Source: Phoronis australis (taxonomy: Eukaryota; Animalia; Phoronida). Taken from it: a stretch of DNA of 64,000 bases. Below the pieces are notes generated by a model. The model had not been told where the DNA came from and did not search any database. It worked only from the letters and a program-made list of their open reading frames with translations. The stretch lies in the NCBI GenBank assembly GCA_002633005.1, contig NMRA01000114.1, forward strand, positions 637,812 to 701,811. Direction: 5' to 3'. Position 1 is the stretch's first letter; every line of letters begins with the position of its first letter. The position numbers and the translations under genes are program-made. Shown here piece after piece: positions 13,401-28,400 of the stretch.

Positions 13401-16400
13401 GAGAGATCTTGCTTCTTCATATGCAGAACGCTCCCCTGCTATACAGTAGCCTTAAGCTGACCTAATAAGTGTTTTTTGAAAACAAACCCAAGACGCATTA
13501 AAACTCAGGATCTCAGTGGTCGCAGTCAGACACTTTGTTGGCGGACCTGAACCACACTCGGTAAGTAGCTGAGTATTTAATTGTATTTACCCTGATAAAG
13601 TCACTGGATTTCAGTGAATGACTGACAGCCATCAGCTAGAATTTGCAATAGGTATAAACATCACAAAAATGCAACGGATTTTATTGTTTTGTAACTCTGA
13701 TGAAAGCCAGTAACTATAAAGATCCCATTCTTTCCTCGCTTTACTATCGAGTATCAAGTAGCAATGTGAGTCAGTCGCTGCATACCTTCCAAGTTTATGC
13801 CAGGTTGCGTTCAGCACCAAAGTGTATAAGCCAGCCATGAAGGCGTCAAAGTAAGACGGTCGCAGGTAGTGAGGAATGGCCTTGTAGACTGTGAGCACAT
13901 TCTCTAACCATTTCCCAAGCTGAAACATTTACGACAAACTAAAAAAGTCTTGGTATGCAAATGAGCACATCTGAGCGCTCTTGTTCCCTAGTATGCTAAA
14001 GCATGTGTTCAAGTCTTAACCATAGGTGAAACTGTACTCAATATATTTTGGCCCAGATGTACAATACAATCCGTACTAGCAAAGTTTTTCCAAGACATTA
14101 AGCAGCTCCATGAAACATCTAGGTCCAGCTGCATAAAAGTTATATGCCGTAAAGCAGCAATGACGTCGCATTATCACACGCCACGTTGTTATTATTGAAC
14201 AATGCACCTGACGTCATGCAATATTCAAACTTATCCAGCAGATAACTTTTGAAGCTTTATATTTAATTGTCACATTTTCCACTCTATTTAAAAGCCTTTA
14301 CTAAAGGTCATTTTCAGTTTATTTTTTTCGTACCAAAATAGCAATATTTTAGACAGCGCATTGTAATGACTAGGTATAGTCATCCTTGTCAATACATGCA
14401 GCCATATGACTGTCTTCTTTACTTCATGATGCTCTGATACACCTGTATAGAGATATTTGAACAATATTTTACACAGTGTCAAATTTGGGTTTTACATAGT
14501 AAGAAGGGCCTTTAACACACGCTCAACACAAAATAGTACCTCCTTAGTTCCTGGATGTTTAGTAAGTCTGGATGCAGTGTAGTCGACATACCAGTTGCCA
14601 TCACGCAGGTTGCAACACACAGGATGACCCAGGTCATTAGTGGCTCTGATACGGCTCATCAATGACATGATTCCTGCAAATACAAATGGACGAATTGCAA
14701 ATTTCCTGCAACATAGCATGCGATGTAAGAAACAAAATTTGACTTCACAAAATCTAGGTAACATGGATAACAGAATTGTGCTTTTAAGCAACAGTTTTCT
14801 TTTATGTACTGACTTGTGTTTTATTGCATATTAGGTTTCAGGGCACCTAAATAATCTTCACCAACATTTGCCCTGTAATTAACGTGACACACAAAAAAGG
14901 TGACTACTTGAGAGTAAGCTCAAAATTAAGAATTATAAATTATGATTTACTTGTTATGTCGACATTTTTGTAATTTCATCAAAAACGTGTGAAAAAATAC
15001 CATCTTTAGGCTACCACCGTGCAACATGCCTCTGGGAATGTTTTTTTTTTCTGGCGTTTTGGGCAAAATAAAAATATACCTTTTCTTATAGACACTCTGT
15101 TAAGGGTACGCCTTTCGAAGGAAGCATTCACTCCAGATTTTGCCATTTTCCTCTAGCATTAGGGTCACCTTTACAGTTTCTTTGACTGCGGAAGTTTTTG
15201 CTTTCCTATGACAACCCCTAAGGTAACTGAAGACCGTGTTAAACATGGGTACCACAACTTTTGGGCCATGCCCCCCCAAGAGAATCTTCTGAAGGTTTTT
15301 TACTCATAGGTGTGAGGTTTGCTCTTTGTGGAAAAGGAAACAATGTCGTGTTATGGTTAGAAAAAAAATTAATACAGATTCTTAAGGAGTAAGAGGTCTA
15401 GTTTACTTGATTTTGGCATTTCAAGCAGCTAAACGGATGGAAAATACAATTCAAATATTTTGAAATCGAGTGTTAACAATTTCTGACACAAAAAACGTGA
15501 CACTTCACAGTGCCCTCGAATGCCTCAACTTTGGGGTTGAATATCGATTCCATTGCTCCAGGAAAATATTTTAAAATCACACAAAATTCCCCTCATCAGG
15601 CTAAAAAATTCCCTTCAATTTTGGAATTACTTTTAATTTGCACAGTCCCACACTGAAATTGGCATCCCAAAAAATTAGCATCTTAGAAATAACAGGCACC
15701 TTTCCCCACAGGTGAGTGAGGCACTCCTTCATCTGTCACAAACATAAAATTCATGAAGCTTGAAGCTTACCTTGAAGTCCACAGTAGGTTAGAGGACCAT
15801 AGTTTGGTATGTTGTATGCGCCAATACCCTTCCCATCATCCCTTTCTTCGGGATCACACCTGAACAGCACGCGATTCAGGTCAACCAAGGTCAGGTCGTC
15901 CAATATGACCTTTAACTTTTGACCCAGGCAATTGCCATCAGCACTTTCTAGAGCCAAGGAAGAACTCGAGTGAAAGAGGCACCCCAGTTGTTGCATAATG
16001 TACCTCATTTTCTTGATTGTAATCAAGATCTCTTCAGGCATGGAAACTCTGCAATTATTCAAACGTTTCACTATACAGTCAGCAGCAACTTCAGAGAAGC
16101 AGATTTTGGGAGGGACCAAGGGTCTCGCTTCCCTTTCGGTATGACTGAGCAAAAAACGAAATGCCGTCAGTACACTTATTTAATGCTATCATGGAAGTAT
16201 ATTCTTTCATACAATGTGACCAAGCCACCTAGTGGATGAAAACTCAAAAGCGTTGTACTTTCAAAGAGAAGAATCAAGATTCGCGCTCAAAGGCAACACG
16301 CGCTTATTTAATAACTAGTTCTGTAGATGATTGTAAAATATGTAGACTGGTCCACCATAAAATTAGAAACAGTATCCGGCGACAATTACTTAGTCCAGAT

Positions 16401-19400
16401 AAGCTGAGCACAGTCTAACAATAGTTTATCGCTTTCTGGTGCTGGGCATGGAATGAACCATGGATAATAAAGTGCTTGAATCTTGCAGTGAAATTTACCA
16501 GCAATTTGTGCAGAATGATACCTAGACACCAAATGAAGCAAATTTAACACTAGTCGTAATTTTATCACGTGATGCAAAGGTACATTCAGGAAGGCTATTG
16601 TCATAGAGTATCAACAAAATACTACACGTCAAATAACACTAAAATCTCTTCAGTTAGGGACACAATATGCAATATACAAGTAATTTTTCATTTTCAACAC
16701 ATTTCTTGACAAAATAACGGGGAATAAAATTATTCATTTATTATTTTGATAATTCTTCACTTATTTCGCACAAAATAAATCGCTAAATTATCATTTTCCA
16801 TTTTTGAAAGGCCGATTACTTTGCTACCAACAGTGGAAACTTTAAAAAAGTTTGTTTTATGACATCTACACAGTACAAACCATGCTAGTAATAGATTAAA
16901 TTTTTCTTAAACTTCACTTTTGGGAAGAAATTTGACACAATTGAATTTCACTTGTCGGCCATATTGTCTGCTAAACAAGCAATGAATTATCATACCACAG
17001 TTTGTACAGTACAACAGTCATCAACCATTATGTTGCGAACCCAATACAAACATTACATTGAAAAACGACATCGTAATTGTAAACGGCATCCCTTCATGTT
17101 TAAAGTAACTTAAAGTAATTCAAAAAAACTCTACCGTACACAATTATTCATTTCCCTCTCACCTGATAGCAATAGTGCTGCCAGGTGTAAAGTCTCTGAA
17201 CTCCATTCGTTTGTAGTGATTGCCAGCATCGTGAAAGCTGACAAAAGTGTTCTCCTCTGGTGTCAGCCCCTCTCTCAGGTACAAGTCAAAATCACACAGG
17301 CCATTGATGAACATAGGGTCCTCTGCGTACGCCCCGCGGCTAGGATGGACAAGGCGTGACTCGTAGATAATCTCATCAACATTTCCTAAGTGAAAGTGGA
17401 AAAATAGAATCATTACAGCATAGATATCGGTATGTGCATGAATTTAGGCCCATGTGCCAACCAGTGAAGCTGAAGGAATCAAGCGCGTTCGCCTTTATGT
17501 AAAACACTTATAAGTGTTGAAAATGACGCCAGTGAACATTGCTTTCAATTCGTCATGAACTACATATTCAATAATGTGGGCAAAACAGCCACGAAAAACA
17601 GTTAAAGACACACACACATATATATACCAGGCAGAGGTAAGTGCGCTTAAAAGTAAATTTTGGGTGCATTTGTCTGTTGCTAAAAACTGTTGATCACCAA
17701 CTAGCAGAAGAAAGAACAGCCTCCAATGTCCTTAAATCAAAAGCTAAGCTGAACTTAGATCTCAGTAGTGAACGAGTTCACAAATTAACCAAATCCCTGT
17801 CCTGTAGATAGTGGAGACAAATTTAAACAAGACAGTTGACAAAATTACTAAAATACAAACAAATCAACGGAAATCGGCAACTACAACATATATTGGGTAA
17901 AGAATGTTCCTTCAGTGTCTATCGGACTTTTACATAAATCTTGCAACCTTTAAAGGAAGGGAGCAGAGTGTAGCCTTATAACGCAAAATAGTCAAAGTTT
18001 TTGGTAAAAAAATAAAAGCAGGGGGATTTCAAAAACTCGAATTCTTGAACTTACAGTTAGGTTCAAATTTTAAACAGTTGTCCCAGATACAAAATATTGT
18101 AGTAAAAATCCTAGGCAATATAGTCTATATCACACTTGGTGAGCCCAGGTTTCTACACTGAAATTAATTGAAGAGGGAAAAAAGACCATACCTGGGAAAG
18201 AGATGGGTGGCACATGCCCGGTTTCTTTAGCGTTCTCCGGATGGTGGAATGCAGTACGTGACACGATGATGACGCTCTCGTGCGTACTAGGGTTGTGTCG
18301 AGTGATAGCCACTGTGTTGTAGTCCACTTGATCAACAAAAACCTGAAGAGAATGAAATATTGGCACGGACCATAAAGGGAACGGGATCTAATAACGTGCG
18401 TTTCTATTTATCACAAATTCCCATACATAAGACAAGGAAAGTTTCATTTTGGGCTTGTCTATTAAAAACCCATAGGGGGTAATAAAGATCTCAGCCAGGA
18501 TCATAAACAGTTTCTTAAGCTGTGTTTAGTTACAAAGTCCAACTGGGACAGTTGTATGACTTAGAGCAGGGTTAATAAAGAATTACATTCATTGACCTTG
18601 TTTGTCAATTTTATAACGCCAATTGTGTGTGAACGACACCCATCAATATGCCATCGTCCACAAAATTTTAAGCCACTATGCGGACTAACTACCCTCTCCA
18701 AGTCCCAAATGTTCTCAAATTTACCCTCCAAAGACTGGAATTAGTCAATCAAAACAATGAGGATTGCTGAGAACTGCATTCTAATCCATCACAGCAAGTT
18801 TAATTAGAACAATGGCAAAAAGTGAGTGAAGTTGGCTGATTCACATGTGCGTGGCAGATTTTTTTTACCCAGTTTTACAATTGCGGCAATTCTCCACATA
18901 TTTCGCACAAAAAAAATTGTCAACACCATCATTCTTCCATTTTTCAAAGACAGATTACTATGCTAAAAATAATAGAAACCTTACAAAATGTTGTTTTATG
19001 ACATTTACACAGTACATACCATGCTACTAAAAGACCAAATTTTTCTTAATTATTATTTTCGTAGAGAAACAAACTAGAATTTCACTTTTCTTACACATTG
19101 TGTGCGAAAAAGTGAAGAATTACCATAGGTCAAAGTACAAGCTGAAGAAGGGTCTAGCCTCATAGGAATGTTTAGCATGACGCATTTTTGACATCATTAT
19201 GATGTTTTGGACGCAGTGTGACGCCAAATTGCGTCGTCTATTGCCATGGCACGTCATCACTAAACAGTCGAATAAAGCCAAGTCCCTTGATACGCCAGTA
19301 AAATTGTGATCCAATCCTCTGTCCGAGGTAACTTTTAAACAACTAACCCACTGTAATGGGCGAGGAATGACAAAACTATTCTCTTTGAGCTACTTTCTTT

Positions 19401-22400
19401 TTGAACCACCATTTTGCTTACAGCAAAGTAAAATTTTTGTCACGCCAGCTATGTACCAATCGCTTGTCATCAGTCAGAGTACTCTATCTGGGATTGTGCA
19501 GATGTATCAAAGTGTCTGTTTTGAAAACACTATCACCTCAGAAACTTTAGTAAACATAATTTGCACACAATTATTATGACTACCTGGTTAAATCCAGTTT
19601 GTCCGAGTCTGGTGTGAAGGTTGTTGATGGCCCTCTTAGCATCAATAATGCCCGTTTTACGGTGGACTGTACCCCGCGGAGCATCTTGATAGTCTGTCCA
19701 GGAACAATAGAGTCGAGTCTCGTCAACGACATGAACCTAATCACAAAGATATCAATTCATAAAACTCAACACGTAACTCTTGGTGAAAGTGTCATTTATA
19801 TATAATTTTAATATAATATTTTCGAAGAAACTTGACAACTACTATTTAACAAAAATTATTAATTTCAGTACAAAACTGGTCACATTATTTATCCATTAGT
19901 ATCTACTTTTTTGTAATGTGCACCATGACACACTCAAGATCATTAGATAAAATTGCTGGCTGAAAAACAAGTGGAGGGTGGAGAACCGGCCCATTCCCAA
20001 ACCCGCTAACAGCCATATTGCTCTCAGTGTACAAGCATTGTCTTTCTCAGATCAACTCATTGAGATGTTGTCCAAAAACGTTAATAAAGAGACTCACATG
20101 GTGAGGGACCAGCTCGTCATAGGAGCGACTGCTTCCTGTAGCACAACATGCAGCTGACACCATGGCACCTGTTGGAAGAAGGTCATAGACGGACCGCTTC
20201 TGGAAACATCAGTAGAAAGGTATAGGTAAGAATTATTAATTCTCTTACACTCCATATGTTTGTCACATAATCTGTTGAGTCTGAGAAGATCTCTGTCCTG
20301 GCCATGCCTCAAACCCAGGACTTTCTACTAACTGTGCAGAAAACCCTGGGTTCGAGTCCTGGTCGGGTTATAAGTGATGTTTTGATTTGTACTTTTTACA
20401 AAAATCGTAATTATTTAACCTGCTAATCAAAGAAATAACCATTATAAGGGCATGTATTCCATGTGGTTGAAAATGCTGGGTCATACAATTCCCTGAGTAA
20501 CTGAGGTAGGCTACAAGACTGAACATACGGGGAGAAAATCCACCAGTTATGGAAATAATCAACAAACAACAATCTGTTAAACAACAGTGCGTGTTCAATA
20601 GTTAAAATGACGGGCAATAGATTGCTAACCTTAATTGGAGACGGATTGTCGTGCGTCATATCATAAAACAGAGCGTGAGCAACTGTAGGGGTCAGAGGTC
20701 GAACGCGAGGCTGAATGAAGGCTCCGACAGGCTCACCGCCATATCTGTAGACCAAGCGACCTTGTTCATGGGAGTCCCATGCATTCAAAGCCTCTAGAGG
20801 AAGACAAGACCAAAAATGTTAAAAACATAACTAATCTTGAAAATGTAAATCTTTACACAACTAACAAACAAAATTTCAAAACTCATTACATGTCCACTAT
20901 ATACATGTCCAAACTTACAACTTAAAACTGACATTAGTTTGTAGCAGTGAATCGAAGCAGTTGGTGCAATGTATGCTGTCATTAACACAAACATGTACCA
21001 TGAGGAATTGTAACACGTGCTAAATTTTCTCTAAAATGTAGCGGAGACAAAAGCAGGGTCTTGGCAATGGTGGTGTACATAGCTTTAATTACATTGCACT
21101 GGGCAACAGTTAATTAATTTCTTATCAATTAACATTAGACAAGTTTGTTTGTGAGGAGCTTGAACTGTCAAGGAAACAAATCAACTGGAAGAAATAAAAC
21201 AATAACACAAAATAACTAGAAACTATTATCTACATAAAATATTTAAATGAATTTAAGAGACTTTCCATCAGGAATCATGTTATAGTCACACAGTGAATTG
21301 CTTCGTCCATACCTCTGATGAGCGAGTTGATTCCTAGTCGGTTGATAAATATATTGTCAGTGTGGTCACTGTTCGTGAAGAGTTCGGCGACGACCCACAG
21401 ATCTGGACGGACTTTACGGGCGGCATCCAACATGTACTGAAACAGAGTGGATATGTCAATGTAAGGGAAAAAAGTGACAAACGAGAGACAGGACTCGTTG
21501 ACCTTCTTACAGATAGACGATTAAAACTGACAGATTTGCGGGCGGGACATTATTCTCCTCCCATCTTATTATGTAACTGGGTGTGGAACCCGGGAGAGAT
21601 TCTTCACAAGGTGCAACCATAATTATTCAGCTAAACCGCAGCAGATGACCTTGTGATGACCTTGAATGACAAAGTGATGAGGTCAATCAATTAAATTACG
21701 AAAAAAATCCTTAATCGCTGAGCACCTTCCAAGCGAGACTGGTTTCAGTACTTTTAAACTGGTTGAGGCTATCAATTTTACTGAATGTTGAAAATTTAAA
21801 ATTATAAATCAAAAAGCTAAATAAAGAGAAATGCCATTCTCTCAAACTAAGAACTGTGCAAATTGCTCAACTTGCATAAATATTTTTGGAGCATTATTTT
21901 ATTTTCTGCAGCATTATTTACAAACAATCGTATTCTTCAGTGAAGGGACAATTGAGGTTGTTGCCTACCTCAGCGACACACAGTGGTGTACTATGACAGT
22001 TGTCCAGTCTCACTGCATGGAACACCCGGGCAGTCTCCACAGCGTATCGCAGCATGTGATCCCATAGGTAGGGACAGTCACTGGGTTGCTGGCCGTAGCG
22101 TAGCTTGACACTGTCTCCCCACACCACCAGTTCCCGACGCAGGTACACGTTGGAGTCTGTAACAATTATGATATATAGAAAGCGCTTCCATTGAGTCAAG
22201 TCCTCATTCTAACTGGGAAGAAAAGTAAGAGAGCTCTCAGTGGCTTATTTGACTTCCCCAATTAGAAAGGGTCAACTAGCTAAGACATCCGATTGGTTCT
22301 TAAAGATGACTTCCAGCTTTTTAAACCAATCATATGTCTTAGCAAGTTGATCTGGTGGAACTGGTGAAGTCAATCAAGTGCAGCCAATGTGCACTTGCTG

Positions 22401-25400
22401 ATAGACTGGTAACATAGAGCATTGTACAAATTTTTACACTTTTGTATTTTTCTTTGTTTTTACTACAAAAGACAGTCATCATTACAGTTATTTTTAATTG
22501 GTACATCACACCTTTAAGACGTCATTAAGATATTTTTAGTTTCCCGTCACCGCACCCTCAGTCGCCTGAGAATGGCAAGTTGGTCAACAAAACATTTTAT
22601 TATTTCAACTCCTTTCCAATCATGTTTGTTCCAAAATACTAAATTTCAATCTTTACAATGAAAAAAAACCTGAATGTGTCAGACTGCAAATAAAATGTTT
22701 TGAGTTGCCACTTCTTTTATGGGGAGCATTTTGGGCTTGAAGGGAGGTAACTAGTCTGCATATTGTCTTACAATTTGGTTACAAATGACGGGTGTAACAG
22801 ACCTTTTGAAATTGATATGCATGGTCAGTGAAAGCAATTCTTTGCGAAACATGCTCTAACTAAAGTAATTCCGATCGACACATATTACACAATACGCCAC
22901 CCCATAAAATCATCTGCCGTTTAAAGGAGGCCAAGATGTGAACGAGATTAAAATATCAAGGCGTAAGCACTATTGGACAAACTGAGGGTGTTTTTGATTG
23001 TACACCCACCTGGTTCGGCAAAATTCTTGAGAGGGTCGTCACCCATCACCCAGCCATTGCAAGCCATGACATGTGATGCGACATCATCGATAGCAAGGTC
23101 GGCTTCGTCTCGCTGAACACTCACACCGGTCTTTTCTCCACAGTAAAAGTACCTGTGACCAAACAATGGTCAGCACATATAAATGCAGACACATATAAAT
23201 GCAGACACCGAAAATGTAACCATGATAACAGAAGTTGATAACACGTTTTAACTTCTTGTTATTACTAGGTTAGTTGACGTGACCTTGAATGACCTTGTAT
23301 GACTGCAGGCTATTTACTCTATGCATGCACAGTAGCGGAGTCAAGCTGATCTTCACTCAAATTACTCTGATATATTTTTTCATTACTGCAGTCAAAATTT
23401 AGAAATACCGCAAGACTTACTGATGCATGAGTGGATTCTTCTCCGACACCACTTCATAACGGGGCCCACTTGGATCGACAAAGCGATACCTGGCGTTAGC
23501 GATGAAATGATCTATCGCTGCTGTCAGGTGCTCGTGCACCTTGTCTGCTGCCTCTTTGTTGAGCTGCTCCAGCGCCCCCTGGAGGTCGTCACAACACATT
23601 TTTATCCTGTCATCTCTACACTTGGCACCAGGTCTGCAACAGGTGAGAGATACAACAGGTGAGAGATACAACAGGTGAGAGAAACAACAGGTGAGAGATA
23701 CAACAGGTGAGAGATACAACAGGTGAGAGATACAACAGGTGAGAGATACAACAGGTGAGAGATACAACAGGTGAGAGATACAACAGGTGAGAGATACAAC
23801 AGGTGAGAGGTACAACAGGTGAGAGGTACAACAGGGGAGAGCTACATCAGGGGAGAGATACAACAGGGGAGAGATACAATAGGGGAGAGATACAACAGGT
23901 GAGAGATACAACAGGTGAGAGACACAACAGGTGAGAGATCCAACAGGTGAGAGATACAACATAGAACAATGTGCACAGATAATTCATTTATAATATTTGC
24001 AACATTATGAAATTCTGAACAAGATAACAATAGGCTTACACAAATTCATAAATTTAACCAGATTTCATGTATCAGCAATATTTTAATAGCATTGTGTTTT
24101 AGTTGCAATATTTTGACCAGAGTCTGTAAAGTTTCTATTTTTATGCTTAAATTTACAACATTAAGTTATTAAGAAAAATTCTCAAACAAAGATAATAATC
24201 AAGCTATGTCAGTTTTAACTCGAAGCACGCAAAAATTTATATAATATTTCAAAAGTTGATATTTACATCATGTTAATTCTAATTTTACAAATAATTTGAA
24301 AGTGTATACTATCAGTACCAACTCGACAAAAATGTGAATGACAGCCAGAGATTTACATACCACATAAAACAAGTTCAAATCAGGTTAAGCCAAAATTACA
24401 AATTTCAAACTTGAATATATCAACTCTGAGTGACTCTTCCCAATGTGGCACTCAATGAACTCCATTCGGCCAACAGCTTTATCATAAGTATTTAGTAGGA
24501 AAACTAACTCACTATAGTTCCATCCACACACAGCCTACCCTAGCACAACTTGCACCAGTGCAACTTACCCCACTTTTAAGTGGAGCGACCACACACACAT
24601 ATCCGATAACTAGGGTAAGGGAGAAGTTGTCGCTGTGTGCATGACAATGAAACCTAATGCGAATACGGTACACAAAAGAAAACCCGTCTGCATGTAACCG
24701 CAGATGATAATTACTTCTGCCCCACCCCACTTTTGCGGCCACTCAGCGATTGTAAATGGCGCAAGCTACCCTAGAACAAATTACTCCACCTCCATAATGT
24801 CGATTAGGTTGTCACAAGTGGGGTGAGTTGCACTAGTTTAAATAACGTCCAGACAGCACTCAAACCCAGCGACGACTCATTCCAGGTGTAACTTATTCTT
24901 GGGTAAGTCTGTGTGTGGACGGTACTTATGTTAAAGAACGACTTTCAAAATGATACTACACAGGGCTTCAAACATCAAAATCATTGAGATTTCATTTTTC
25001 ATCCCCATTCAATTTTTTTCTTACAGAAATATATCCATAAAATTAGAGATTTTCTGGATACATTTAAAAGAAAATTAAGCAACAATTAGGATTTAATATT
25101 CAGAAAAAAACTTTTTGAAGCATTGCAAATCACAATCTTACACCTTACCTGTCTACATTATACAGTTTCAGGGCCAGGTTCATGTCAACAGTACTCTGTA
25201 GCCTCCCATACATTGGATCTTGCACAAGGACTAGATGGGAGTCATCTGACTGACAGGTCGTGGGGTCATAAAAAGCACCACCTNNNNNNNNNNNNNNNNN
25301 NNNNNNNNNNNNNNNNNNNNNNNNNNNNNNNNNNNNNNNNNNNNNNNNNNNNNNNNNNNNNNNNNNNNNNNNNNNNNNNNNNNNNNNNNNNNNNNNNNNN

Positions 25401-28400
25401 NNNNNNNNNNNNNNNNNNNNNNNNNNNNNNNNNNNNNNNNNNNNNNNNNNNNNNNNNNNNNNNNNNNNNNNNNNNNNNNNNNNNNNNNNNNNNNNNNNNN
25501 NNNNNNNNNNNNNNNNNNNNNNNNNNNNNNNNNNNNNNNNNNNNNNNNNNNNNNNNNNNNNNNNNNNNNNNNNNNNNNNNNNNNNNNNNNNNNNNNNNNN
25601 NNNNNNNNNNNNNNNNNNNNNNNNNNNNNNNNNNNNNNNNNNNNNNNNNNNNNNNNNNNNNNNNNNNNNNNNNNNNNNNNNNNNNNNNNNNNNNNNNNNN
25701 NNNNNNNNNNNNNNNNNNNNNNNNNNNNNNNNNNNNNNNNNNNNNNNNNNNNNNNNNNNNNNNNNNNNNNNNNNNNNNNNNNNNNNNNNNNNNNNNNNNN
25801 NNNNNNNNNNNNNNNNNNNNNNNNNNNNNNNNNNNNNNNNNNNNNNNNCTCTCTCCCCTTCATCAGCACCCTCTACCTCCCCTTCACTTCATCAGCCCCC
25901 TCTTCCTCCCCCCCTCTCTCCCCTCCTCTCAGCAGTATACCTCACATCTTACCAAGAACTTTGGATTTAAATGCCTTTACAGTTGCTGTAACATCCAGTT
26001 GGTAGAATTCTTCAAACTTATACGACGGGAACACCTTTTCAATAAGGATATTCTTCATAACCTATAAAATGTCAAATTTAAAGCCCTTATGAATCACGCT
26101 GTGCTTTTAGCAACACCAATTTTCTTAACACGCAAGTTTGTTCTTCCAAAACAATGTCACTGCGTTTTTATGTTTGTTTGAACTGATACTGGTTGTGGTA
26201 AGAAACTCCGAGGAGCGAAAGATAAGACGATCGTCAGAGGAAGGCAGTTCCATCATTAGACGTTTTGGCCTTTGAAATTCCTGACATCTTCTAGGACCCT
26301 GGCCACATCGGGGTGACTCCCCGATGTCTGTCTATCACCAGAAATTCTATCGACATCTGCAGCATCATCGTAACCTGTCGTGACAAGCAACGGAGCTGGT
26401 CCCAAGCACTAAACACTTTTTGGAATGGTTTGGAAATGTAAGTTCATTTTTACATTGGCTTGTCAAAGTCCTTTAAAATAAACAAAGAATGCAAAATGTT
26501 AGAAAAGAAATTGACTTGAATCTGATAACACATGACATTTCATGCACGATTAATTCTGCTAAGAATTACCTTACCAAGTGAGATTTTTTAAAACAGAAAT
26601 CTCACCCAGAGAGAAAATAGAATTTCACTCAGTGAGATTTCTAGGAGACCAAAATCTCACTCAGTGAGAAAAGGAATCTCACCCAGTGAGATTTTTCACT
26701 TCACACAAATCTCACCCAGTTAGAACATTTACAACAGGAATTCTCGTTCAGTGATAACTTGAAACAATTATCAAGAAGAAATTCTCACCGAGTGAGAATG
26801 CTATGCATACTTAGGAAGATTCTCACTAGATTCGGACTGGAATATCACTGTATTCTCACTGAAGTGACAATTTTTTCTCACTAATTTGAATGGCATCTTT
26901 TAATTAAAATTGGTTAGATTGTCATTGAAATCTCACTGGAATCCGATGAGATTCTAACTCGCTCTCAGGATGAGAATTTCACAGGCCTTTTTCATACGGG
27001 ACCACCAAACACATTACAAAACTTTCATACGAAGCCTTATGGTACAGACAAAAACCATTCACTGCAACAATTACCTTCAAGTGGTCTTCATTTCGTACTT
27101 TGCTCGGCAGGCACCTAAACTCGAAGTTGCCGCTGGCCACTTCACGTGAGAAATAGTAGAAGACACGATCCAGAACGTAGGCCGGTCTGAGGTAGGGACA
27201 GTTGAGCAGGTTGTAGGTGCATTCTGGGTGATGCGCCACCCAGTCGCTATTGACGGCCGTGTGATTGAAGACGAGGTCGGCCATCGACAGTACACCCCAG
27301 TCATTCTTCATGTGCTCAATGAGATTTTCCACGTCCGTCATCGTGTATTTACCATTGATGCTGAATGTCGGATTGAGCAGATGTTGATTCTTGAGAGAGT
27401 ACGAAGACTGAGACACACCGAGCTCCTGCAGAGGGGTGAAGTGAATCATGTTGTAGCCGGACTCTTTGGAGACTCGCAGCCGAGACTCCCATTCTTCAAA
27501 TGGCCCCAGACATTTCGCTAGAACTGTCTGGCACTGGACAGCATCCAAGAGCAGTCGATGGTCATCGACGCCGACCAGCAGGTGGGGATCAACCAAGAAG
27601 TATCCTTGACCATTGGTCAGTGCTTCCTCAGGTCTGAAACAGGATTTAATAATGTGAAACCTAATATACCTGGTATACCTCTGAGTCTCGCAATCTCCAT
27701 GTTCTTAAAGAGGCCATCCAGCTACTTTCAAATTCAAAATTAGCGAGAACCACTTTAGTAAAAGACACAATTGTACAAGAATGCTGCAACAATCAAGATG
27801 TTGACAAGTAATAGCAAAATTTGAATAAAAACAGTTTTCAATAGGAGCATGATTGGGCACTAGTTTAGGATACAGTGTGGCAGAGAGGTGAATTTATTTT
27901 CTCATATTTTACAAATAATAACAAGAGCAACGCAGAGCGTTGAAATGCGCCCACAATTGCACTGTATACGGCATCCTTCTAGGGTTGTTTATTGGTACCA
28001 AAAGTGGCCAGTAGAGGGCATATATGTAGTATGTTGTACTTAGCAAAATGGAAAGGCATGGTCATTGTCTCCTCAATAGGCTAGGGGCAAATTGTGAGTG
28101 ATCTTCATAATACAAGCACATCCTATACATCAGTTGCTTAAAGCACCACAGAAACATAGAATTAAAAAAAAATTTACCAACATACGAGATTAGCACAGCA
28201 TTAGAATGCCAGAAACAAATTTCTACTTGGAACTTTTCCTTCATAGTCATGAAGTAACACAAAGTATACACCTGAAGACCTATGAAAATACAGAGGTCAA
28301 TGTAAAATACTAAAATTGCCACTAGAGGCATACCGGTAGTCAGAATCATCCTAANNNNNNNNNNNNNNNNNNNNNNNNNNNNNNNNNNNNNNNNNNNNNN

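Noticed and set aside
23602-24030. Cys/Leu-rich repetitive ORFs ([16 protein letters not shown])n
   Set aside because: Translation of a 16-bp minisatellite in an intron; only 23421-23633 is a real exon.
25123-26067. Long ORFs of 314 and 212 aa
   Set aside because: Created by the N gap; the real coding pieces are AGL exons 25149-25281 and 25953-26061.
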